DNA of 64,000 nt from Bdellovibrionales bacterium (GCA_031429075.1 JANOYW010000025.1:325-64324), one strand, 5' to 3'; positions 9,113-18,470 are shown, counted from the first letter of the stretch. The notes: generated by a model from the letters alone, not told the origin. Translations and numbers: made by a program.

Positions 9113-9532
9113 TTAAAATGGGAGCTTGTAACAACACTTCTTATGAATCTTCACTTCTTTAACATTCTCCAGGTTTTCATCTGGAATAAACACAAGATGC
9201 CAGATTTCCTTATTTTCTCCAGGAAAAGGCATGATTTTATACGCATAAATAGTGTCGCTGAAAAAATAGCTGTCTGGTTCTCCAAGCTCCTGGCGCACCA
9301 ACTTCATCGGCTTCCCAACGTAGATATTTTTTTTAACCACGTCGACAGCCATCCACGCACGCTTGTTGTGGTCACCCGTTCGAAACAAATCTTTGTTCAA
9401 TAATTTAAAACCCCATTTTTTTTCAGCTTCAGCTGGCTTCATAAATTCCGCTTGAAAGAAAGTATCTGCAAGGCAGAACACTGAAAAGAGGATAAAAAAT
9501 AAACTACCAATCACTAAAGCGATTTTTTTCAT
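9113..9532 (-). CDS. Small exported protein with a BamE/SmpA-like motif
   Basis: 139 aa. Has a signal peptide (MKKIALVIGSLFFILFSVFCLA). The segment VGKPMKLVRQELGEPD resembles the BamE-like fold signature. It overlaps the upstream gene by 4 nt. Confidence 0.5.
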   Translation of the reverse strand: MKKIALVIGSLFFILFSVFCLADTFFQAEFMKPAEAEKKWGFKLLNKDLFRTGDHNKRAWMAVDVVKKNIYVGKPMKLVRQELGEPDSYFFSDTIYAYKIMPFPGENKEIWHLVFIPDENLENVKEVKIHKKCCYKLPF

Positions 9533-10206
9533 TTCGGTACCTCGGGAATTTTCAATCCAGGATTTAAAACTCTTAGATTTTTTGATCTTAGGGAATCAAG
9601 TGCGGATTTTTCTAGATTTTCGATGCTCCATTTTTTATTCGAAATTAGCATTTGTGCTGAGGAGCCACCAATATTGTTATTGAACTGATCCATTTCACGT
9701 TCAGAATCAAGTTGTAAGGGGTTTGCTTCATGAGCATTTAGAAACTCTTTTGCTTTTTCCGGCCCCAGTTCTTTGGTTAGTAATCCCGCCCAGATAAAAT
9801 GTCTAAAAGCATCTGCTTCATCATTGAGTCCTTGCTCTGGGAAATTCCGGTTCGAGGACCACTCCGCCCGAGTTTTTTGAATAAAGGCGGTCAAAGCATC
9901 TTCGGGACTCTTTTCTATAAGCTTTCTTTCTGCCGGTGTTAATCCAGGGTAATAGATGATTTTTCCGAGAATACTTTTACTCATCTTAGGTTTACAGAGC
10001 AACTCGCACTGGTCAGGACAGATAAATGTTCCCATGTCTGTAGAAAGAATCGCGCAATCAAGTTCGCAATCTTTACCAAGCTTCACCTTGCCAGCTTTGA
10101 ACCAGTTAATACAGTCCGCGTCGGGTTGGGTGCAGTGAGCCGAAAAGCTGAAAATAAAAAACACAGCATAAATAATTATGACCATTAATGGGCTGGACAT
10201 TTTCAT
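9529..10206 (-). CDS. Exported Cys-rich hypothetical protein
   Basis: 225 aa with a signal peptide and an N-terminal module of 8 Cys (CTQPDADCINW...CELDCAILSTDMGTFICPDQCELLC). The C-terminal domain carries DAFRHFIWAGLLTKELG. It overlaps the upstream HTH gene by 4 nt. Confidence 0.5.
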   Translation of the reverse strand: MKMSSPLMVIIIYAVFFIFSFSAHCTQPDADCINWFKAGKVKLGKDCELDCAILSTDMGTFICPDQCELLCKPKMSKSILGKIIYYPGLTPAERKLIEKSPEDALTAFIQKTRAEWSSNRNFPEQGLNDEADAFRHFIWAGLLTKELGPEKAKEFLNAHEANPLQLDSEREMDQFNNNIGGSSAQMLISNKKWSIENLEKSALDSLRSKNLRVLNPGLKIPEVPK

Positions 10207-10517
10207 GAAGCGACTTCAATTTTCACTTCTGCCCCTGGATAAAGAGCTGCAAGAAACTTGACGAGTCTGTCAATCGTGAACTCATCAATATTGTAATGAA
10301 GAATTTTACTTATAATTGCTTCATCGGTGCCAATTTTTTTTGCCAAAGATTTTTGCGTAATTTTAGTGTTGTTCTTGAAAATAACAAACTGTTCGCAAAT
10401 ATGATATTTCACCTTATCTACTGGCGAAGCATCCTTTGGTAGCGGTCTTGAGCCCGGACCAGACTCAAGCTTTTTTCTAACGGTATCCAATTGTTTTTTC
10501 GACGGCCATTTTGTCAT
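10203..10517 (-). CDS. XRE-family helix-turn-helix protein (antitoxin-like small DNA-binding protein)
   Basis: 104 aa. The helix-turn-helix is at ITQKSLAKKIGTDEAIISKILH, followed by EFTIDRLVKFLAAL, which resembles small XRE-type antitoxin-like proteins. Confidence 0.6.
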   Translation of the reverse strand: MTKWPSKKQLDTVRKKLESGPGSRPLPKDASPVDKVKYHICEQFVIFKNNTKITQKSLAKKIGTDEAIISKILHYNIDEFTIDRLVKFLAALYPGAEVKIEVAS

Positions 10518-10529
10518 AAGTTGGTACCT

Positions 10530-11015
10530 TTATTTGACCTTGAGAGAAAGAGTCAACTCAAACTCGGCCACGATCTCTCCACGAACCACGGCACGGGCTT
10601 TAATGGGTTTATGGGCGCGTTCGCCTGTGCGCAGCACTTCGTCGATCAAATCTTGGACGGCTTTGCCCTCTTCACAAATAAAAAGAGCATCCCCCTCGGC
10701 ACGTTTTAAAAACTGTGCTTTAAAATCTTTAAAAATAAAACCGACGTTTTTTTTGCTCTTCGAAATTTTATCTACAGCATGCATTCCAACACAGGTGTCG
10801 GCGCCGATGGCCATGGCTCCAAAATACATACTGCCCACATGGTTTTTTACAATTTTACGAAAAGGGATGAGCACTTCGCAAACGTCCTCATCCAAACGCA
10901 CGATGCGCGGTGAGCACAGGAACAGAAGCGGCACTTTGGTCAGCCCAAAGCCACGCATCAGCCAGGTTTTTTTGGTGGTGTCCGAAATAAAACTCGTGAT
11001 TCCCTTTAACATCAA
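10530..11015 (-). CDS. Hotdog-fold thioesterase-like protein (DUF4442-type)
   Basis: 161 aa. The pattern VRLDEDVCEVLIPFRKIVKNHVGSMYFGAMAIGADT fits PaaI/DUF4442-type thioesterase-fold proteins as I recall them. Confidence 0.5.
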   Translation of the reverse strand: MMLKGITSFISDTTKKTWLMRGFGLTKVPLLFLCSPRIVRLDEDVCEVLIPFRKIVKNHVGSMYFGAMAIGADTCVGMHAVDKISKSKKNVGFIFKDFKAQFLKRAEGDALFICEEGKAVQDLIDEVLRTGERAHKPIKARAVVRGEIVAEFELTLSLKVK

Positions 11016-11032
11016 AGGCAGAATAAAAAACT

Positions 11033-12016
11033 ATGAGCAGCAAAGCAAGCCCCATAAAAACACGCATCACCGAGTTATTTAACATCGACTTCCCCATCAT
11101 CGCCGCACCGATGTTTTTGGTGAGCGATACCAAAATGGTCACGGCCGCGAGTAACGCTGGCGGCATCGGAACCTTTCCCGCGCTCAACTTTAGACCCATC
11201 GAAAGTTACCGCCAAGCCATTCGCGATATCAAAGCGCAAACCAACAAGCCCTTTGGAATTAATATTATCGTGCAGAAGAAAAATAAAATTCAAGAGGAGC
11301 ATCTGCAAATTGCGCTGGAAGAAGGCGTTCCGCTGATCATCACCTCCTTAGGAAGCCCAAAGACCATCATCGAGCGCGCCCGCGGAACAAACACCAAAGT
11401 GTTTTGCGATGTGGTTGGGTTAACCCACGCAAAAAAGGTGGCAGATCTCGGAGCGGATGGACTCATTGCCGTGGGCAGCGGCGCCGGCGGCCACGCGGGC
11501 GAAACATCTCTCTTCGCCCTACTTCCCACCCTCAAAATGCATACAAATCTTCCGTTGATCGCCGCCGGCGCCATTGGCGATGGCAAAGGGCTGCTTGCGG
11601 CATTGGCCTTGGGCGCCGATGCCGTTTACATGGGAACTCGCATGATTGCCACACAAGAGTCGCCTGTGTCGCAAGACTACAAACAAGCCATTCTTCAAGC
11701 CAAAGCCGACGACATCATCAACACCGACCGCGTGGATGGATTTGACGGTAATTTTATTAAAACGCCGCTGCTTGAAACACTGCTTAAACCCAACCTCCTC
11801 GACAGCGTACTTAGTCAGAGCCCCAAAGTGAAGCGCTGGATCTCTCTTGCTCGGGCGACGCGTGTGATGTTTGGCGGCGAAAATCAAAAAGTTTCTTACA
11901 AAAATATTTATTCCGCCGGTCACGGCGTCGGTAGCATTGATGAACTCCTCACCATAGACGCAGTCATGCAAAAAACCATGCTGGAATATAGCGAACTGAA
12001 AAAGCTTTTGCCTTAA
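11033..12016 (+). CDS. NAD(P)H-dependent flavin oxidoreductase / nitronate monooxygenase family
   Basis: 327 aa. Motifs FPIIAAPMFLVSD, AGGIGTFPA, VGSGAGGHAG and AAGAIGDG are typical of NMO/FabK-like TIM barrels. Confidence 0.8.
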   Translation: MSSKASPIKTRITELFNIDFPIIAAPMFLVSDTKMVTAASNAGGIGTFPALNFRPIESYRQAIRDIKAQTNKPFGINIIVQKKNKIQEEHLQIALEEGVPLIITSLGSPKTIIERARGTNTKVFCDVVGLTHAKKVADLGADGLIAVGSGAGGHAGETSLFALLPTLKMHTNLPLIAAGAIGDGKGLLAALALGADAVYMGTRMIATQESPVSQDYKQAILQAKADDIINTDRVDGFDGNFIKTPLLETLLKPNLLDSVLSQSPKVKRWISLARATRVMFGGENQKVSYKNIYSAGHGVGSIDELLTIDAVMQKTMLEYSELKKLLP

Positions 12017-12090
12017 TTGCAATCCAAGGTACATTTATAAAAATGCTCACGGAGTGAGTTCGCCCTCAGGGCTAAACAAGGAGTTTTATC

Positions 12091-13293
12091 ATGAAAATAG
12101 GAATCTCAATTCTAACAATTTTACTATTTGGCCTCTCCGCAACTGCGCAGACACCCACTCACGAGCTCAAAGGGACAGTGACTGGTATTGCCACCAAAAA
12201 TATGGACGGTTTGGTTGATTTTGCCCTGGTCATTCCTGGAATGACTCAGCAAGAAATGATTCACTTCAATCTCGGCAAAGTGATCAGCCCTGCCAACGAC
12301 AGCCTGAAAGTTGCCTCATACACGGTGGAGCTTCCAAGCAATTTAAGTCTGCCTCCACAAACTGAAAAATATTTTATCTCCATCAATCTTAACAAACCCG
12401 AATTTCGCGCATATGTGGAAGGTGATGGAATTTACAATATGTATGCTCTGTACGGAAAATTTCCCCTCAACGAAATGGTCAAAGGCTTTCAAAATGACAA
12501 ATCGCTTTTTGAACTCGTTGAACACTTTACTTTTTTAAGCGGCGCCGTAACCACTGTGCCAGTGAAGGGTGATGTAAGCGGTCTTGCACTTCCCATGGAT
12601 GCATGGACCTTTGCAGGGACCTACTCTGTAAAAGCGCCAACCTATGCCAACACTAAAACGTTAATCTCTTTTTCATTGCTTAAAGAAAATGGTTACTTTT
12701 ATCCTACCGACATCAAAAAAGTAGCGAGTGGAAAAACACAAAACCTCGTCACCCACGAGGGCTCTGAGCACTGGAACCTGGCTCTGATGATGAACGCCCC
12801 AAAACGCAGTTTTCGCGAAACCTTCGATGGAAATATTTTAAGCGGAATGTTTGGTTCCTATTCGTTAGAACGTGCGGTATCGCCACTGGCGCAAGTGAGT
12901 TATCATTTTACGCAAGCTGCGGCGGTGAATACACCTGAGTTTTTACCGATGATTTCAGCTCCGGTTTTTGACAAAGCAAAGTGGCAAGTGCAAACCACGC
13001 TGCCCGCAACCATCGCTAGCGTGACTCCCTACGCGACAACGTTGATTTTATCTGAAGTTACAGCTGGCGGCACTGAGACCTTTCCCATCGATTTCAAAAA
13101 GACACTGTGGAGCACTCAAGAAATGGGCTGGCAGCAAACATTCCAAATTCCCTTGGCTGCGCAAAGCCTGATTTTAGCCGGCAAAGAATACAGCTGGGAT
13201 GTGATTTATTTAGGAGCCCCTCAGGCTGGATCCGACAGCCAAATTGATTGGAACAAAGTTTCCCACGTGACCCGCAACGTCCTTAAGTTTTAG
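12091..13293 (+). CDS. Exported hypothetical protein
   Basis: 400 aa with signal peptide MKIGISILTILLFGLSATAQ and AAGGAG 8 nt upstream. No family recognised. Confidence 0.55.
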   Translation: MKIGISILTILLFGLSATAQTPTHELKGTVTGIATKNMDGLVDFALVIPGMTQQEMIHFNLGKVISPANDSLKVASYTVELPSNLSLPPQTEKYFISINLNKPEFRAYVEGDGIYNMYALYGKFPLNEMVKGFQNDKSLFELVEHFTFLSGAVTTVPVKGDVSGLALPMDAWTFAGTYSVKAPTYANTKTLISFSLLKENGYFYPTDIKKVASGKTQNLVTHEGSEHWNLALMMNAPKRSFRETFDGNILSGMFGSYSLERAVSPLAQVSYHFTQAAAVNTPEFLPMISAPVFDKAKWQVQTTLPATIASVTPYATTLILSEVTAGGTETFPIDFKKTLWSTQEMGWQQTFQIPLAAQSLILAGKEYSWDVIYLGAPQAGSDSQIDWNKVSHVTRNVLKF

Positions 13294-13445
13294 CCGCAAG
13301 TTTTAGTTCGTACTCTTTTGTCAAACTTATGGCACTTATCTCAAGATGGATTCATTTATTTTCGAAATTGATCCATCTTGATACGGGCCCACTGTTTATC
13401 AGCTTCATTTCCCCTCGACGTCCGATAAGGAATCGAGGTGAATTT

Positions 13446-13754
13446 ATGAAAAAAATGAATTTAAAGAAAATGTTTTTTACTTTTATGATTTTGGCGGTTT
13501 TGAGTCCCATTGCGTTTACCTATCAAAACTTCAGCCGTCTCGATATCGAAAAAGATTCCACTCTCGATGCAGATCTGAGCTCTGCTTTGCAGACATCGGA
13601 CGAAGACCAACGGGCGCAGAAACTTGCAGCCACTGTCGAAACTTTTCAATCGACAAAAAAGAAAGCCAAACGGAAACCAACAGCAATTTATGATGGAAAT
13701 ACTCTGACTGATTCTCAGGAAACAATTGTGAGTGAATCATCTGTAGCGGAGTAG
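13446..13754 (+). CDS. Small exported hypothetical protein
   Basis: Track ORF 13329..13754. The internal ATG 13446 is preceded by GAGGTG and gives MKKMNLKKMFFTFMILAVLSPIAFT (signal peptide). 102 aa. Confidence 0.45.
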   Translation: MKKMNLKKMFFTFMILAVLSPIAFTYQNFSRLDIEKDSTLDADLSSALQTSDEDQRAQKLAATVETFQSTKKKAKRKPTAIYDGNTLTDSQETIVSESSVAE

Positions 13755-13955
13755 ATATTCTCGCTCTTTAAAAAATGCAGGGACCCCATACAAGCAAAAT
13801 GGGGCTCTGCGCAATTCGTGACCAAAAGGATAAGCTTGTACCACTCGAGCAATACTCTCTCGCCGCTTAAGAGCATTATGGAGATTCTAGCTGGTATGGC
13901 AGCGACTTGATTTGTTACTCGTTCAGCATATTCAAGTTCGTTTTATTTTGCGCCG

Positions 13956-14906
13956 TTGAAATTGGCAGAGATTTCGGTTAAATCGTCAATCATGCTTGGA
14001 AAAAAATATCAGTGGGAAGGTTTCGACGTTGTCCCCGTGGGCTGCTTTCTTGAACAGATTGTCGACTTTACTCAACAAATGGGCTTCGCCTACGAGCGCA
14101 GCACTCAATATTTTAAGGACTTTCACACCCATGACCGCTTGATGCTGATTTTTCCCCGCGGCTCTAGCCTCATGGAAGTCCGCACCAAAAATCCTCACAA
14201 CAAATACACGGTGGATTACGAAACAGCCCTCTCTGTACCAAAAGGTCTGGTTCATGATACTGAGACCACGTCTTCAATCTTCGACACCGTTGCTTTTTAT
14301 CCCTCAGCCGAAATGATCGAGATCGCTGCCAAAAAGTTAAATCTCACACCGGAACAGTTGAACCGTCTTTCCAGTGAATGCATTAAGATCCCACGAACTC
14401 CTCTCATCGATACAATTTTCCAAGCTTATTTTTTTGAGCGAGTGGTTTTAAACAAAAACAAAAATGAATACGATAAAGAGGCCACCCAATTTCTCGGAAG
14501 GCGATTGCTGGAAGAAGTACTGATCACTACATTTTTTCCAAAACAAGAACGCTCGATGCACGCCGATGCTCAGTCGTCTGATGACCCCAACGAATCTGTT
14601 TCTGTAAGGGCTCTCCGTTTTATCGAAGCCAATCTTTTCGAACGCATGGAACTCGAAGACGTGGCTCGCATTGCAAACGCCAGTATCTCCACCTTATTGC
14701 GCAAATTTAAGGCAGATGTTGGCGTGACTCCCTACACTTATATAAAAAACCGCCGCCTTGAGGAAGCTTTGCGACTGCTCAAATCAGGTCAACACCCCGT
14801 GGGCGATGTTGCGCTCCTTGTTGGCTACGAAAACTTTGGAGCTTTCTCCGAAGCTTTTAAAGAACAATATGGCGATGTACCTTCCAGCGTAAAACTCTCC
14901 ACATAA
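13956..14906 (+). CDS. AraC-family transcriptional regulator
   Basis: 316 aa. C-terminal AraC-type double HTH (VARIANASISTLLRKFKADVGVTPYTYIKNRRLEEALRLL ... LLVGYENFGAFSEAFKEQYG). The start is either TTG 13956 or ATG 13992. Confidence 0.8.
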   Translation: MKLAEISVKSSIMLGKKYQWEGFDVVPVGCFLEQIVDFTQQMGFAYERSTQYFKDFHTHDRLMLIFPRGSSLMEVRTKNPHNKYTVDYETALSVPKGLVHDTETTSSIFDTVAFYPSAEMIEIAAKKLNLTPEQLNRLSSECIKIPRTPLIDTIFQAYFFERVVLNKNKNEYDKEATQFLGRRLLEEVLITTFFPKQERSMHADAQSSDDPNESVSVRALRFIEANLFERMELEDVARIANASISTLLRKFKADVGVTPYTYIKNRRLEEALRLLKSGQHPVGDVALLVGYENFGAFSEAFKEQYGDVPSSVKLST

Positions 14907-14915
14907 AAGGCCTAT

Positions 14916-15731
14916 ATGAATAAACGAATTGATGTTGATACAAAAACCAGTAAGCACACGGGAGTCAAAGGGCTTTTCGAAGTTCTTTTCCGACGCTTTC
15001 AAGTGGCTACCCATATTATAACCATGCTGCCAGTTTACCTGTTCGGGTGTTTGGTGATTGGTTTATGTCTCACTCCCAGTGTTTATATTTTTCGCTGGTT
15101 CTCAGAGCTCTCCGCTTCGCAGTCGACATTTATCCAAAACTTTACAATCGCGTTTTCGCTGGCCGCTGGATTTTTTGCCTACGGTCTCACGTTACTTTTT
15201 GTAGCGCCCGCGCTTAACTTTATTATGTTTACAAATCTTAAAGCGTGGCGTGGCCCCTATTACTCCTACGAAGCTCTCAAATGGTTCATGCACAATGCAT
15301 TTACCTATTTGCCGCGCTTTACTTTTTTAGATTTTGTCACCCCATCACCGCTCGGAAATTTGTTTTTTCAAATGATGGGCATGAAAATTGGCAAAGGCAC
15401 AGTCATCAACACCACTTATATTTCGGATCCGTCCATGATCACCCTTGGAAAAAAAGTAACTCTTGGCGGCTCCGTGACCATCGTTGGGCATTACGGGCAG
15501 GGTGGTCTTTTGATCATTGCGCCAGTTCGCATTGGCGATGACTGTACAATTGGTTTAAAAAGTTCGGTCATGGGTGGAGTGACCATTGGCAACGGCGTAA
15601 AGATTATGCCTCACTCTGTGGTCATGCCAAAAACCGTGATCCCTGATAACGAAACTTGGGGTGGTGTTCCCGCCAAAAAGGTAGAAACTCAGTCAACTGT
15701 AGTTTCTACCGACGTGCAAAAATCCTCATAA
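14916..15731 (+). CDS. Membrane-anchored hexapeptide-repeat (left-handed beta-helix) acyltransferase-like protein
   Basis: 271 aa. About 3 N-terminal TM helices, then hexapeptide repeats (KVTLGGSVTIVGH..., VRIGDDCTIGLKSSVMGGVTIGNGVKIMPHSVV). Confidence 0.7.
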   Translation: MNKRIDVDTKTSKHTGVKGLFEVLFRRFQVATHIITMLPVYLFGCLVIGLCLTPSVYIFRWFSELSASQSTFIQNFTIAFSLAAGFFAYGLTLLFVAPALNFIMFTNLKAWRGPYYSYEALKWFMHNAFTYLPRFTFLDFVTPSPLGNLFFQMMGMKIGKGTVINTTYISDPSMITLGKKVTLGGSVTIVGHYGQGGLLIIAPVRIGDDCTIGLKSSVMGGVTIGNGVKIMPHSVVMPKTVIPDNETWGGVPAKKVETQSTVVSTDVQKSS

Positions 15732-15758
15732 AAAAAGGCCTCAATCGAGGCCTTTTTA
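15731..15758. terminator. Rho-independent terminator, potentially bidirectional
   Basis: aaaaaaGGCCTCaatcGAGGCCttttt lies between convergent genes, immediately after the stop codon at 15729-15731. Confidence 0.8.
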
Positions 15759-15799
15759 AAACTTAATAGGTTAGCTAATTATGTATAGATAATTACGTA

Positions 15800-16225
15800 C
15801 TATCTCTTTTTTGTTTTGCTGGAACCACAATCATAAACGATCTGCCACTCTTTAACTGCAGTTGTCGTCGTTGTCGTTGCCGTATTTTTGCTAGCTTCTG
15901 TAGCGCCCGCCATTAACGGCATTCCAAAAAGGCTTCCAACTTTTGAACCAGAAGTTCCAGCATCACGAGTTTCTGCAGCATTGCCACTTGTTGTTTGACC
16001 AACAGCCACTTCGCCCTCTTCTTTAATTTTTACAGCTGTGTCGCCACAGTTTTTTTGCATCATCATGTCGGCTTTCGCACGATCTTCTTCACGGTGCTCT
16101 GTGTGAAGAGCAATCACTCCACCCTGATTTGGCATGCGCTTTACATCGCGAGCGTAGGGTTGGTAAGGCATTGTTTGGCATCCAGTAAAAACCAGTGCAA
16201 CTAAAACGGCGGCTAATAATTTCAT
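15800..16225 (-). CDS. Lipoprotein, hypothetical
   Basis: Track ORF 15800..16282. The internal ATG 16225 is preceded by AAGGAGA and gives MKLLAAVLVALVFTGCQ (lipobox). 141 aa. Confidence 0.6.
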   Translation of the reverse strand: MKLLAAVLVALVFTGCQTMPYQPYARDVKRMPNQGGVIALHTEHREEDRAKADMMMQKNCGDTAVKIKEEGEVAVGQTTSGNAAETRDAGTSGSKVGSLFGMPLMAGATEASKNTATTTTTTAVKEWQIVYDCGSSKTKKR

Positions 16226-16353
16226 GTAAGTCTCCTTAAAATTAATTTGGCTTAGTTCATAATGAGCCGACCACCTAGTCAAATAATTTTTTTGCTTCGA
16301 TTCAAGCTAGGCGTTTTTTGCTACAATAAGTAGCACCTAACTATAATCCGCCC

Positions 16354-18135
16354 TTAGAGACCGACCATACCCTCGCACGTTTTAGAGTCGAGACACGCAT
16401 CGTAGGTTTGCCACGCATTGGCTGCCGGCCAAATAAAATTGGAAAAATTAGTTTGCTTGTTGTAACAGGCATGGCCGAATCCGCAATCGTTGTCCGTGTT
16501 ACATATACGGTTCGCATTGGGACCGGTTGCGCAATAACTCAACGGCATTAGCGGTGTAGCGACAGATGCATTGGTGTATGTGCCAATTGAAATCATTCGG
16601 CGCACATAAACATCTGTACCTGCATAAAGAATTGGGCGCAGTGCCGGGATCGCTCGCGCTATTGTGGCAGCAAAGAATGTCGCATTCCAAGCAATGGCTT
16701 GGTAGGCTCCTTGGTTTCCCCCTGCTGGCCAGTCATCGTAGTTTCCGGCGGGGTCTGCCCGGATTGAGTTGGACTGACACGGTGTTAAACCGGTCGTGCA
16801 ATTTGGTTGATACGAAGGCCCGCCAGCCGCATTAACAACTCCATAGGTGTATTTACCGGTTGTTGAATTAAACGAGAACTGTCCTGTTTCTGGAAATGTG
16901 AGGCGCCCGGCTTCCGAGCTGGACACTTCGATCAAAAGGTTTTTCCATTGCGGATCAACCTTGGAAATAGCATGAGCGGCGATAAGCGCTTGCGAAAAAC
17001 GACCTACAGAGTGACCGCCGTTTGGAGTAAAACCTCCGCGCATCACACCGTTCACCGTAACCGCTGCGCCGTGTTTTACAATGCCCAAAATATCAAGCCC
17101 TTGTTGAATGGCCCGAATTTTTAAAAGTTCCTTTTTAGCGAGCTCCTCAGGAGATGATGTGGCGAACATCAACAAAGCCAGAGCATTGTAGCGATTTTCC
17201 TGTGGGGCGTATGCTGGGTATCCATTATTGAGCGGACTGTACCAATTGAATTTTGCATGATGAACTTGTGTTGCAGGCCAGTTACCACCCCAATCTGCAT
17301 CAGGAAATTTTAAATCGCCAAGGGCTTTGTCCCAACTGATTTTAACGGCATCGCCGGAAGGACGAGTGATTAAAGGCAGATTTGGAAAAAAATTGAGATT
17401 TAATTGTGTTGTTGAATAGAGAGGTTTGGATGGCCCAAAATAGGGAGGCCTTAAGACAGTGGTGCCTGCTTGTTCGGGGACAGTTGGCAAAACAGTCAAC
17501 AGCGCTGTTTGCAAAAAGCACATCCGCGTGTCCCCGTTTGGTGCTATTGCTGTGCAATTGTCACCAACCTCTGCGTCTGGATAATGGTCCGCCTTCCAAA
17601 GCGACTGGATACCCTGGGAGGTTTCGATTACGTAAGGTTGCGCCGTCGATGGATTTTGCGGAAATTTAAAATTCCCCGCCGTAAAAAAACGCCCATCAAG
17701 TCCGACTTTGCTTTGATCGTCGGGGTTTACCACCCAGCCGTTGCGATAATTCGCTTCGCCAGGAGTGCCGATGACCTCCGGCGACATTCGCGTGAGATGA
17801 ACTGTGCCATTCGCAGAGACGGGCGCCACCCAGTAGTCATGCTGGTTCGCAAATTTTCCGCACTTGCAATCGCCTCCAGAACACTGAAAATCAAACCGAA
17901 TTTTGGAAGTTCCAGCAACATATTCCACAAACTGACTTTTGCACGGCTTACCGGCATCGGTGCTCCCACAATCGCAACCAGACAAAGCAGATTCATCGGT
18001 GCTTGAGGGTGCGTTTGCACTTGTCTGTGCCGATTGCATTGAGCTTGGAGAGCAATTCTGAAAAAAAACAATCAGTGTGATTGCAATGCCCACTAAAGAG
18101 AAAACATTTAGAAAATTTCGATAGTGCTTAGGCAT
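16354..18135 (-). CDS. Large exported Cys-rich hypothetical protein
   Basis: 593 aa. N-terminal hydrophobic segment, with Cys-rich modules at both ends (CDCGSTDAGKPC...CSGGDCKCG; CNTDNDCGFGHAC...CLDSKTCEG). No family recognised. Confidence 0.6.
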   Translation of the reverse strand: MPKHYRNFLNVFSLVGIAITLIVFFQNCSPSSMQSAQTSANAPSSTDESALSGCDCGSTDAGKPCKSQFVEYVAGTSKIRFDFQCSGGDCKCGKFANQHDYWVAPVSANGTVHLTRMSPEVIGTPGEANYRNGWVVNPDDQSKVGLDGRFFTAGNFKFPQNPSTAQPYVIETSQGIQSLWKADHYPDAEVGDNCTAIAPNGDTRMCFLQTALLTVLPTVPEQAGTTVLRPPYFGPSKPLYSTTQLNLNFFPNLPLITRPSGDAVKISWDKALGDLKFPDADWGGNWPATQVHHAKFNWYSPLNNGYPAYAPQENRYNALALLMFATSSPEELAKKELLKIRAIQQGLDILGIVKHGAAVTVNGVMRGGFTPNGGHSVGRFSQALIAAHAISKVDPQWKNLLIEVSSSEAGRLTFPETGQFSFNSTTGKYTYGVVNAAGGPSYQPNCTTGLTPCQSNSIRADPAGNYDDWPAGGNQGAYQAIAWNATFFAATIARAIPALRPILYAGTDVYVRRMISIGTYTNASVATPLMPLSYCATGPNANRICNTDNDCGFGHACYNKQTNFSNFIWPAANAWQTYDACLDSKTCEGMVGL

Positions 18136-18290
18136 AGTTATATATTAAAGCCGGCAGCGTTGTTCTTCAAGTAAATCTACTTTTGAGACAGATGCCCTAA
18201 CTTAAGGAACGTGGATTTGCACGGTTGCTGGTGCGGGAAAGAAGTCTAAATGCTTTAAAAAAGGGCCATCCGGCTTTACTGGAATCAGAA

Positions 18291-18329
18291 CAGATATCTG
18301 AATTCCGATATCGTGATTTCAGATATCTG
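18291..18329. repeat. Two copies of the 10-bp palindrome CAGATATCTG, spaced 29 bp centre to centre
   Basis: cagatatctg occurs at 18291-18300 and 18320-18329. GAATTC and GATATC palindromes lie between the two copies. Confidence 0.7.
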
Positions 18330-18351
18330 TGGGAACTTGGTTCCCATTAAG

Positions 18352-18435
18352 TGGTACCCGAGACAGGACTTGAACCTGCACACCTTGCGGCACCAGATCC
18401 TAAGTCTGGCGTGTCTGCCATTCCACCACTCGGGC
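18352..18435 (-). tRNA. tRNA-Leu (anticodon UAG)
   Basis: The reverse complement reads GCCCGAGTGGTGGAATGGCAGACACGCCAGACTTAGGATCTGGTGCCGCAAGGTGTGCAGGTTCAAGTCCTGTCTCGGGTACCA. It has a 7-bp acceptor stem, anticodon loop CTTAGGA, a long variable arm, a GGTTCAAGTCC T-arm and an encoded CCA. Confidence 0.9.
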
Positions 18436-18444
18436 ATTAAATTT

Positions 18445-18470
18445 CAAAAACAGTCCCTGCTAACCAGGGA
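18445..18470 (-). terminator. Rho-independent terminator after gcvH
   Basis: Minus strand reads TCCCTGgttagCAGGGActgttttt, located 12 nt downstream of the gcvH stop codon. Confidence 0.6.

Noticed and set aside
11290-12034. ORFs 11290..11586(-), 11404..11745(+) and 11519..12034(-) inside the nitronate monooxygenase-like gene.
   Set aside because: These are shadow ORFs in a GC-rich gene whose own frame has clear family motifs.
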